Shown here in pieces: positions 54,834-64,000 of a stretch of DNA of 64,000 bases. The position numbers and the translations under genes were made by a program. Numbering within the stretch: position 1 is the stretch's first letter; every line of letters starts with the position of its first letter. This DNA comes from Cyanidioschyzon merolae (lineage: Eukaryota): assembly GCA_000091205.1 (NCBI GenBank), contig AP006501.2. The stretch is one strand, 5' to 3'. Under the pieces are notes generated by a model that did not search any database, had not been told where the DNA came from, and saw only the letters and a list, made by a program, of their open reading frames with translations.

Positions 54834-56951
54834 TGAATGAAGTGGCGAATGCAGGCGTCCTGCCTGGGTACAGCCGAATGAGTGTATGAGTAGAGCGCGC
54901 GCGCTCGTACGTCTGCCAACGACCGAATCGCATGAATCCGATAGATGTTCATATACGCTCTATATGAAGTGTCAAATAGCATCCACTTCTCTGCACTATG
55001 GCGCTCAGCGTTTCGGCGTAGGTCCCGCTGCCGTCATGCCACTCCATCGTATACCTCTGGACGCGTATCATGCCCGACTTGTGGCGTAGCGAGCACTGGG
55101 GAAATTCAGAAGCTTCATCTGCTTCCCATTCAGGTCCTTGCTTCAGAACACTTCAATTATCGGTGCGTAGACGAGCACGATATCCTTGGATATAGGGTAC
55201 ACGTGCGCCATCAATATTCGCTCTTCATCTACCTAGAGTGGTTGGTAGCGACTCTCGTTGCTGGGGTCGGGGTGAGGTTTCACGAGCTTCACGAAGTGCG
55301 TCCATAATGATATTCTGTCGTTCTTCACTGTCTTGGTCGTTTTCATTCCATTTCGTATCGGTAAACGAGAAGCCTTTGACAAGCTCCATCAGTTCTGCTC
55401 GCAAAGTTGCTCGAATGCCTCATAATTCCTCGTAGAGACATGCCGTAGCGCACTTTGCAAACTATTCACAACTCAAGCATCCACCGTGAAAGCATGCACC
55501 ATGATATAATACACGGAGAGCAACTCGAGCGGAAGTTTCTGGAAACCAGGGCGCCTGGATTCAGGGAGCGTGTCTTCTCTGCTCTTGACGCTTCAGTTCA
55601 GGAACATGTCACAGCGCAAAAATTCATGCGAGGCAGTTATCACGCTTCAACTGTGCTTTGAACAAGTCCTCCGCCTGGCCGCGGTCGTCGAGAGCAGAAA
55701 CATGACCTTGGACGAGGTCTAGCGACACTCGCTCTGTTTGCAATACTTCGTGCGAGCTCGGTTTCGCCTCGAGCACTGCCGCCACCAGTTCGTGATCCAC
55801 CTCCAATGACATGCCGAAAAACCGCTTTATGGATGTGAACGAGTCGTCTATTGGTTCGTGCTCGTAAACATAGGTCTCAAAGCAGAGAAGACTCCATGGA
55901 CAGGATAGAACCAGGGAGACTACGCTGGCACGAAGCACAGCTCATCGCTAGTCTGTGCTGTGCAGTCTGTGACCGCTTTTGCGTGATTGAAAGCAACGTC
56001 GTCTAAAAGCAGAACAGACTAGTTTGCAAAGACGCAGTTAAGAAGGGAGCCTCGACCAAGATTGAGGTCATGCATTATCATGCCCGCTTCACAATTGTTC
56101 ACTGATCATATCATGGCATTGCGTCTTGGGCCATTGTTGTCTTTATATGCTCCTGTCTCTTCTTTACGAACAGCGCTTTGCCCTTGGTTGTTGCGTGCCT
56201 AGTTACAGGTCTTCGCTTTATCCGGAATATACTCTCAATGAGCGAGACGAGCACCCGTCCCTCCTCTCAAACGTGTTCCGGCTTCCGTAAAACTGCGATG
56301 AAGGACTGTCCTACGAACGGCGATTTCCCATCGAGGCGCCCGTCTTCTGTCCCCATGTGTATCCCTTCAATACCAATCGTGTGAACTGTGCGGAAGCTGT
56401 ATACCGTGCGGTATCTCTTATGGTTTTTCTTAGAAAAAAAAGCGATGGACTAGAACAGATTGATCAGATAATTGTCATGTGGATCCTCTTTGACACATCC
56501 GGTTTTAGATACGCAACGTACAGGATAAGGACTAGAAGCCGAATGCTTCACCCGCCTGCTGACCATGGAATAATTTACTTGCAGAAGCAAGGCCCTTTCT
56601 CGCAAGGTAGCAGTCAGATTATCAAGTCATTCCTTGACCTTTCTCCAACTTACCGGATACGTTCCTTTTTGTTGAATACCCGTGAGAAAAACGAAGAAAA
56701 GCAAAAAACTGGCTGTCGCAGATTCTCTATGAATCACCGCTCTGAGGATAACGTTTCGGGATCGATGTGTCGAGCGAGGCATCCACCAGACGCGCGGAGC
56801 CCGGGACCCCGCAGTCGGAGGAGCGGCAACAATTCTGACCCGGGATCGTTAGATACAACGCACCGCATATCATACCTGACTTTAGGAGAATGCTCCATTC
56901 GAGAGATCTTCGGGGTGCTGAACCTGCCCCAGAAACTAGCCATAGTGCCGC

Positions 56952-57083
56952 AAGCTCCCCATTGGGCGCTTTATGGAGACAGAGTGTCATTGCCCTGGTC
57001 ATGGAGGTCACGACGCAAGCTCCCCATTGGGCGCTGTATGTAGACAGAGTGTCATTGCCCTGGTCATGGAGGTCACGACACGA
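56952..57083. repeat. 66-bp tandem duplication x2
   Basis: AGCTCCCCATTGGGCGCT(T/G)TATG(G/T)AGACAGAGTGTCATTGCCCTGGTCATGGAGGTCACGAC occurs twice. Confidence 0.9.
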
Positions 57084-58617
57084 GACACGTTGACGCTCTG
57101 AACGCCATGCATTGACGCGAATTCGGCGCTGAACGAATTAGATGGTATCCCAATCGAGCAGTAGGCAGCTTGTCTGCATAATGTCAGTACTATAGAGAAT
57201 GAGTATCTCGGAAATGAATTCCGGAGTATTTTGACGAATACAAATACGCTGGTCGAAGAGGAGTCTCCATTGCGCGTAGCATTTCTTTTCGGAAGCTGCA
57301 CCCTTGTCGGCTACTGATAGAACGATGGACGACGTACAATATTCCTGAGATTCACATGATATCTGAACTTTATGTAGGTGACGAACCTCGACATTCGACG
57401 TGTAGCAGTAAGGGCCTTGGGAGTTATTCTTCGTTTTCGGCCTCTCGATAGTTTTGTTTTTCAGAGGGGCTCTTTCGACATTGTACCGCTGGGGTTCTTC
57501 GTGCGATTGTCTTCAAAATGATTCGTGACGTCCCTGAACAAGCGTTCATACAATTACCCATTGCATTGACCATTGCGTGCCCGCGGGCCCGCACTTGGAT
57601 CCGTTCCTCACAAGTCATCTGCTCAATTCACGCTGTTTTTTTGCGCTTCATTGTTTCAGCTTTTAGGCAACTAGTGGACACAGCGATTCACGCCGCTGGA
57701 TTCATGACGAACAGAGAAATCTCCGTCGTGCCTTGGCAACATCGTCACAAGTTTATGCGGAAAGTTCGACGAACTCTTCAAGTCATGGATAAAATCTGAA
57801 AGACAAATCCACGTGTCTTTGTACTCGTCACCGGTACGGCATACGACATAGGCATGATACCTCTCAGGAGGTATACCCACGAAAGGCTTTTTCTCCTCTG
57901 GGTACTTAAAAAAGGATGTTGGTCACGGACTTTCGTCATCGCAGAGATCCGTACCAGTAGAGATTTCGTCTCCGTTTTGCACGAAGGAAGCATCCATAGA
58001 TCGACATCCCTCGACTTGTGCTCCGGTCCGGATTCTGCTTCCTGTACTCATTTCATCATATATAGCATTTCGTTCACCAGACCCTCTATCGAATGGAACA
58101 GCTTGCGCCTGCCTATGTAGCGCACAGCATATTCACCAGGCGCGTCGCATAGAAGATGCTCTTGGTCGTAGTGCACGATATCGGGTGTGGAAACTGACGA
58201 TTTGTGCATCGGCGGGAGCATGCTGGACATGTCAAGTGCATGTACCGAGCGTTGAAGCAACCATTGACGCACCGCAGGGCAGCGCTCTAGTGATGAGGAT
58301 GTTCGATGGACACTTGGAAACACCTGACCACAGCTACGTGCCAACGCTATGAATAGCGCACCAAAATTGCATAAGAAGATGATGCTGAAAATTGCAGGAG
58401 ATGCGTAGATCCCAACCTCCTGTTGAACACGAAATGCATGGACAACAGCCAGCAACTGCGAAATCGAGCCTTGAATGCTGCCATGCACACCGTTCACAGC
58501 TTGTGAACGGTGCTGGATCGACATTAGCGCCAAGCGTCTTAAAGGCCGCGAGTAAGTGTGAGGAATAGGAAGCAGTTCCAAAAAAAGCATGCTCGCGAAC
58601 GCTGGCGTTCATGACTC

Positions 58618-58828
58618 GGGTCGAAAGAGACCCGAACATTAGCGCATATGCACGTGTTCATAGCTTCGTTCCACGCTATGCTGATATGGGTCTGAAAAGA
58701 CCCGAACTTTAGCGTACATGCCCGTGTTCATAGCTTCGTTCCACTCTGTGCTGGTATGGGTCTGAAAAGACCCGAACTTTAGCGTACATGCCCGTGTTCA
58801 TAGCTTCGTTCCACGCTATGCTGATACG
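58618..58828. repeat. 70-bp tandem repeat x3. Each unit begins with a GGGTC-GAAA(GA)-GACCC stem-loop (6-bp stem, GAAA-type loop).
   Basis: GGGTCTGAAAAGACCCGAACTTTAGCGTACATGCCCGTGTTCATAGCTTCGTTCCAC(G/T)CT(A/G)TGCTG(A/G)TAT occurs three times. Confidence 0.9.
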
Positions 58829-59423
58829 GATCTAGAGAGTTTCCCAAGACGAGCCGATGTGCATACCCGTAGCACATGTGGCATTCCGCACCCTCGATAG
58901 AATCATGTTCGATTCATCGATCCAAAAGTCAAAAAAGTTGCTGGTTAACCTGTATCCCGCATCTTTTGAGAGCAGCGCTCTAGATTCACAGGTCTACCTC
59001 ATAATAACCCGTACTCTTGATGCATTTGCGGATGCTATCCAAAAAAGACCTATCCATTGCGCTAGTTCATGGCTTGGATCACGTTCCACGCTACATAGCG
59101 ATGATTCGCGAATATCCACAGCTCTTGAAGCAGGCTCTCTCACGTGGTATCACGCAACCCTGCAAATAATCTTGACCACGAGAAAGCAAGTGTTCTTAAA
59201 CTGATCTGCTGCGGTTGTTGTGCGTTGCTGCGCGGTACAGAACCAAGTTCGGTGCACGTTACCCCGGTGGTGTTCTCGAAAGAGCGTCGCGTTTGGCGGT
59301 TCCAGTTGCAAAGGCCCAAGTCGTGCGTTTGCGGAAAGACAGGTAGCACTACAACACTTTGGCCTGGCTTCATTGCTCTCCATGATCCACTTGCTCGTTC
59401 CCTGATCAAACTAGTAGAGGCAC

Positions 59424-61796
59424 GTGAGGCGGGACTCGTCAAGCGCCATGGTCGTTCGTAGCCGAACGGAACAACTTCGTCGGATGGCGGCTGCACAATG
59501 GGAGGCTTCCTGGGGCGCAGCGGCTTCCCTGCAAGACCATCGTACAGAGGGCCTGGTCGAGTATCTTGAGAGCACCCGCAACGCAGGCACAGGAAAGACA
59601 CCTCCGCGGAGCGGCGCAAGTGCTGCGCCAGACGCACCCCAGTTTGCGAGCAACGAGAAGCGAGCGCCTCAGCAAGAGCCCCTACGACCATTGAACGAGG
59701 CGCTGGTGCGTTTAACGCCTACGACAGACTTTTTTGAGAACGTGCAAAGTACGGGCGTGGTGTCGGTTTCGACAGCTCTGGAAAGTGGCGGCGACAGGTG
59801 GACAACAGGTCAACGTTTAGCTCCGAAAACGTTCGCGTCGGGAAGCGCTCCAGGTTCTGCAGACCAAGCAGCAAAGCCAGAAATCGTACTCATTCAGGCT
59901 CAACAAAAGAGCTTGACACCTTCGATATCGAAAAGGACGAGAGAGAATGGCTCAGGGCGATCCAGAGTACATGCGAAGCCAGTACCCGAGTCCTCGTTTG
60001 GCGATGTTGAGGCACGAACCTGTGCGTTTATAGAGCAATGGCTCTGGGTGGCACTTACTGCTAACAAGACCAGCATTGGAACGTCCCAGAGTCAGGTAGA
60101 TGGCCTCATCATGGACGGGTGGTGGAGGTGGAACACGCCCAGCAACGCATGCCCATGGACAAAGGAGTGCGTCTCACTTGCCCGCGTTCTCGAGAAACTC
60201 GAATGTGAGCGACTTGCTGCATCGGAGCAAGCCCTGGATCGTCTCCAACAGCGACTATGTGAAGTGCGGGCCGTTTCAACCACAGCAGGAGCAGCAGCGG
60301 CAGCAGCTACTTTAGGTTCCGCGGGACATGTCACAAAGTCGCCCTCTGGAGTGCGAGGCGCCTCTGTACCAGGGGAAACCTTTCCCTCGCTGGATGCAAT
60401 ACATTCTCCATGTGGCGATCCGCAAGCACCAGCAATAACAAAAACAACAACAGCAACAACGATGAAACTTACTGGGAGCGCTAGCGCACATTCTGGTGCC
60501 ACTGAAAGCGCCTCATCTAGGTATGCACAAGGCGCAAAACTTCCATCTTCTCTCCCGGTAAGTGGTAGCGTTTCGAGTCCGGATGCGTCAGCCTTGACAC
60601 TCGAACGGGAGCCGCACACCAATGCCCACACCCGGGCATACTCCAAACCGGAAACGAAACCGATTCAGACTAGTCGAGCTGGAGTCACGTCGAAGGACGC
60701 GTCACCGTCACCGTCACCGTCACCAAGACCACATACATCGCTGCTGACACCGACTCCTGCAAGCACACTCGCACCAGACACGAGAAGAGATGCATCCGTG
60801 GACGCTTCAACCCGTGCAACATCGGCTATCGACGGCACTGCAGCGAGCGACGCGCCGACGACGCAGGTATCCCGTGCCTCTCCGGAAACAGCGCTTCCCG
60901 CAGATGTGCAACAGGTGTTGGATCACTATACGCAAATCTGCAACCTGGCGGACAAGTTCCAGCAAGATCCAGCGTCACAGTCTCTGCGTTTCCAGTTGCG
61001 AAAACGCATTAACTTGGCAGTCAACCAGATTGGGCTATCGTTACCCTCGGTCCTGCACAAGTCCAGTGTCCTCGCGGCGCTGCTGCACGAGTCACTCACG
61101 ACTGAGACTGCGGTCGAGTCATCAGAATCCGTCTCCTTGCTGGACGCTTGGTTACAGTTGCAGGTTGTTCGACGAATCGTTCGTGAAGGCGCGGAGCAGG
61201 TGGTTGTCTCCCTGCCGTCCAGTTTTGCCCTGGGTGCGGTGCTCGTGCTCTTGACCCAGCAACATCCACGTCTGAAACCAGTGGTGCTGGGCACCTTTTA
61301 TCAATTGTGTCCGTACACGATCCCGCACTGGTATCGACGTCGACCTGGAGAGTCGCTGGAAGCGTACCTGGTTCGGCTGGGCTACAGCAAACCTAACGAG
61401 TCCTTCGAGAGCTACTACGAGCGCATGGGCGGATACCTCTCGCTCTTTGCAGCTATGCTACAGACCGCTTTACCGAATATGCACCCGAACCCGTACGGCA
61501 CTGGCATGCTTTGGACTTGGAGCGCCCGCGTTGTGAACGCTAAACCGCGGCGCATGACATGCCTGCTTCTAGGCAACGTGTTCGAAGTCGCTGGATATGC
61601 GCTGAGCCAACAGTACGGCAACCAGTTCCGGAAACTGCTACGTCTTGTGGAGGCAGAAGTGCTCCCACGACTGCCCAAAGACGCACCACCGGGTCCGACA
61701 GCTCGCCTGAAACACTGGATAGAGGAGGCGCTGCGCAGTGGACCGCAGCCATGTCCAGGGCATATCCTGCCTATGCGGGACTCGCAAAACACCTAA
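59424..61796 (+). CDS. GLE1: Nucleoporin / mRNA export factor GLE1
   Basis: The C-terminal ~250 aa match the GLE1 domain: QLCPYTIPHWY vs human CPYTVPFY; AGYALSQQYGNQFRKLLRLVEAEVLPRL vs [28 protein letters not shown]. The N-terminal half is disordered/low complexity, as in GLE1. Confidence 0.75.
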   Translation: MRRDSSSAMVVRSRTEQLRRMAAAQWEASWGAAASLQDHRTEGLVEYLESTRNAGTGKTPPRSGASAAPDAPQFASNEKRAPQQEPLRPLNEALVRLTPTTDFFENVQSTGVVSVSTALESGGDRWTTGQRLAPKTFASGSAPGSADQAAKPEIVLIQAQQKSLTPSISKRTRENGSGRSRVHAKPVPESSFGDVEARTCAFIEQWLWVALTANKTSIGTSQSQVDGLIMDGWWRWNTPSNACPWTKECVSLARVLEKLECERLAASEQALDRLQQRLCEVRAVSTTAGAAAAAATLGSAGHVTKSPSGVRGASVPGETFPSLDAIHSPCGDPQAPAITKTTTATTMKLTGSASAHSGATESASSRYAQGAKLPSSLPVSGSVSSPDASALTLEREPHTNAHTRAYSKPETKPIQTSRAGVTSKDASPSPSPSPRPHTSLLTPTPASTLAPDTRRDASVDASTRATSAIDGTAASDAPTTQVSRASPETALPADVQQVLDHYTQICNLADKFQQDPASQSLRFQLRKRINLAVNQIGLSLPSVLHKSSVLAALLHESLTTETAVESSESVSLLDAWLQLQVVRRIVREGAEQVVVSLPSSFALGAVLVLLTQQHPRLKPVVLGTFYQLCPYTIPHWYRRRPGESLEAYLVRLGYSKPNESFESYYERMGGYLSLFAAMLQTALPNMHPNPYGTGMLWTWSARVVNAKPRRMTCLLLGNVFEVAGYALSQQYGNQFRKLLRLVEAEVLPRLPKDAPPGPTARLKHWIEEALRSGPQPCPGHILPMRDSQNT

Positions 61797-61998
61797 GTAA
61801 CCGGTTTAGGTATTGTGTGGTCGGACAGGCAGCCGATGTAGTGTATTATCGGGTAAGTCTTTAGTGAACGAGGAGTACACCGTTTTCCGACCGCTGTCTT
61901 CAGGTGCGGTTGCGCAGTGCTGGCGGTGGCGGCAGGTGTTACCGAACCGGACACCCCTTGACGGTGTCGGGTTACTAGTTTTTGCTTGAACAGGATCC

Positions 61999-63267
61999 AT
62001 GACTGCCCTCGTACGCCGTTACTTGACCTCAGTCGTCCGCTTTCGCAGATTGTTGCAGAACCCTCGAGCACCCAGTGGCCTCTTGGTGCTGTTCTTCGCG
62101 CTTGTGCTTCTCTGGTGGCTATGGTGGTGGTACAGCGGTGGACCGCACACCCCAGTCCGGTCACCGGCTTTCTTCCAGCTGCACCCGCTGAGGTTGCAGC
62201 CAGTCGGTGCCAATCGTTCGGTCTCTTTTGGACGTCTGTTAGGTGATCGCGAAACCCTTCTAGTCGGTGGTGTTGTCCCAATAGCAGCACCACGAGTGCC
62301 GCCGCCTGCCTGTCGCCTTCGAGTCGTGATACCACGAAGTGCCTCTGCTGCCTACGCGTGTCGCTTCGTCCACGAAACCTGGGAGTCAGACCATCACGAC
62401 AAGCCACTGACGAGTTTTGTCTGGTTCTTTTCGGCAAGTTCGCGAGTGCCCGCACACGCTCGTGAAGTCTGGTTAGAGCTGGCGGAGACCGAGGCGGTGG
62501 CGGTGGCGGTAGCTTTACCAGCACCGCCGCCTCCGCAGCACTTTCTCAGCGCCTGTGTGCCCGTACTTCAGAACAACGCTGACCCCGCACGGGTCCTCGA
62601 GTGGTTGCAACGGATGCGACGCAGACATGGGGTGAGCTTTGTGCGGATGTACTTGCCTGCTCGATGGCGTCCGACTCTTCTGGCGGCACTAGTCGAGGGT
62701 TATCGTGCTCATCGTCGCTCGCTGCCGCAGCTGGAGCTGCTGGAGTTACCGGACCCTCTCCCCATGCACTACTTTGGACAGTACCTGACTGTATACGATT
62801 GTTGGCTGCGCGAGGCGACGGTTGCCACTTGGACGCTATTTCTGGATCTCGACGAGGAGATTCACATCGAGTCCGAGACTAGTGTTGCTTTAACCGATTG
62901 GCTTCGTGAACAGCAACCACAACTGCTGGCAACGGCCACAGCAGGATTCACCCTGGGCTCCTGGCTCTATCACAAGGCCGGCATTGGACATGAGCCACGC
63001 AAGGCGCAACCGAGGCCTGTCTGCTTGCCACCGAAGCACGGTTGGCATCCCTGGTCCCAGGAAGACGCTGGTGGCACCCGCGTTCATCGACCGCCTCCCG
63101 AACGCTGTCTTGGCCCGCCGGGTCGTCGAAAATTGCTGCTTCAACCGGACAAGATGCGTCAGGTTCAGATTCATAAGGCTTACGCTCTGAGCGGTTATCG
63201 GATCGTGGATCTGAATACCTCGGTGATGCATATTGTGCACTATCGAGGATACGTGCGGGGCGCCTGA
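61999..63267 (+). CDS. Type II membrane glycosyltransferase, GT92 (DUF23)-like
   Basis: An N-terminal signal-anchor GLLVLFFALVLLWWLWWW is present. GQYLTVYDCWLREATVATWTLFLDLDEEIHI fits the GT92 core signature Q.....DC..R......W..F.D.DE (the DxD). The C-terminus ends ..HIVHYRG. Confidence 0.55.
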   Translation: MTALVRRYLTSVVRFRRLLQNPRAPSGLLVLFFALVLLWWLWWWYSGGPHTPVRSPAFFQLHPLRLQPVGANRSVSFGRLLGDRETLLVGGVVPIAAPRVPPPACRLRVVIPRSASAAYACRFVHETWESDHHDKPLTSFVWFFSASSRVPAHAREVWLELAETEAVAVAVALPAPPPPQHFLSACVPVLQNNADPARVLEWLQRMRRRHGVSFVRMYLPARWRPTLLAALVEGYRAHRRSLPQLELLELPDPLPMHYFGQYLTVYDCWLREATVATWTLFLDLDEEIHIESETSVALTDWLREQQPQLLATATAGFTLGSWLYHKAGIGHEPRKAQPRPVCLPPKHGWHPWSQEDAGGTRVHRPPPERCLGPPGRRKLLLQPDKMRQVQIHKAYALSGYRIVDLNTSVMHIVHYRGYVRGA

Positions 63268-63526
63268 GTGCTCGCCTCGGTATCGCCGCGGCTCGGTGGC
63301 AGTTCAGGGACGGATGGCAACGGATACATAGGTGGCATTCTGTGCCAGCATCGTTGGGAAGCGCTTGCGAGGCAGCATAGTACGCGCCGCCTTGTCCGTT
63401 GGCTTGCTGGTGATACCGGTGATGCCGGCGATGCTACGACGTATAACGATGCGTCCAGGAGAGGCAATCGCAGCAGGCGCTGTTCAGGAATTTGCTGGTG
63501 CGTTCTTCTGCTGCGCTCGGAATGCT

Positions 63527-63979
63527 TTATGGTGTGCTGTCGTTTCGGTCTAGAGCGAGCCAGAGGATATCCGCTTTGCTCTGGTGGTTCGCAAGTGCCA
63601 GAGCGACACCGGTTGTCTGGTCACCAGTTGGCAGCTTTTCCGTCAGCGCGGCTAGATCCCCCAAGATGATCAGCACCTCCTGCACGAGCTCCGCAGCGTC
63701 TGCGCTCTTCACTTGATATTCGCGCTCCTCACTGATGCCCTGCTCCGTAGCGATGCCTTTGATTGCAGACGGCTCACAGCATACAGCCTCGTAGAATGTG
63801 GCACTGGTCGTATCGCGCTCATTCATGAGCAGCGGTATGCGCTTTCCGGTGGTCGTCGGGGCACAGTCACGGCAACCGAGCGTCCACAAACGTCCCTTAT
63901 CGGTGACAAGGCCCAGCGCACAACGCTGCAAATCCCGTCCGGTTTCGCTTCGGACCAGGTACCGAACGCGCAGAGGCAT
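63527..63979 (-). CDS. Hypothetical protein (family not recognised); the N-terminus may lie beyond the window end
   Basis: This is a 150-aa ORF with non-repetitive, protein-like composition. The Met lies 21 nt from the window edge. Call is speculative. Confidence 0.3.
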   Translation of the reverse strand: MPLRVRYLVRSETGRDLQRCALGLVTDKGRLWTLGCRDCAPTTTGKRIPLLMNERDTTSATFYEAVCCEPSAIKGIATEQGISEEREYQVKSADAAELVQEVLIILGDLAALTEKLPTGDQTTGVALALANHQSKADILWLALDRNDSTP

Positions 63980-64000
63980 CGACAGCGCTACACACAGAAA

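Noticed and set aside
54695-55938. RuvC-I-like GIDLG motifs upstream of TnpB-like fragment B (CVVDLNDLQVASF at ~54820 and RVSLDLVQG at ~55722)
   Set aside because: The spacing to the RuvC-III-like motif is about 114 aa and about 411 aa, against roughly 170 expected. They lie in different frames. The matches are short, so they are probably chance.
1-64000. Prokaryotic features (operons, Shine-Dalgarno sites, defence islands)
   Set aside because: The gene content (TFIIH, GLE1, nucleoporin, SNARE, mitochondrial carrier, RRP15), microsatellites, targeting presequences and spacing are eukaryotic. No bacterial-type operon structure was seen.

Overview
By eye this 64 kb window is GC-rich eukaryotic nuclear DNA. 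It consists of long, apparently intronless protein-coding ORFs separated by repeat-bearing intergenic stretches of 2-6 kb. There are no rRNA genes and no CRISPR array; no tRNA gene was spotted by eye, though the scan was not exhaustive. About 16 confidently recognisable genes are present: a UHM/RRM splicing-factor C-terminus at the left edge, a catalytically inactive ClpP paralog (ClpR-like), Golgi SNARE GS28/Gos1, MPDU1, 4-diphosphocytidyl-2-C-methyl-D-erythritol kinase (IspE, MEP pathway), a Nudix hydrolase with a zinc ribbon, an M3 thimet-oligopeptidase-like peptidase with a poly-Q insert, diphthine-ammonia ligase DPH6, TMEM184/Ost-alpha, molybdopterin adenylyltransferase (MogA/Cnx1-G), TFIIH p34/Tfb4, a mitochondrial carrier (SAM-carrier-like), RRP15, an unassigned 1510-aa protein, nucleoporin GLE1 and a GT92-like glycosyltransferase. 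Nuclear-encoded IspE and ClpR with Ser/Arg-rich, Phe-containing N-terminal extensions indicate a plastid-bearing host, possibly red-algal-like, but no taxon is certain. Intergenic DNA carries a dispersed ~300-bp repeat family (6 copies), a 98-99% identical 590-bp duplicate pair 30 kb apart, an ~85-bp x7 palindromic tandem array, several ~70-bp local tandem duplications with hairpins, and trinucleotide microsatellites. The most unusual signal is two diverged paralogous ORF fragments (34.5 kb + and 54.3-54.8 kb -) that look like decayed remnants of a TnpB/Fanzor-type (OMEGA nuclease) gene in a eukaryotic genome. Each carries a degenerate zinc-finger followed by an H-x-D-V/L-N/D-x-S-I-N-I motif resembling RuvC-III.
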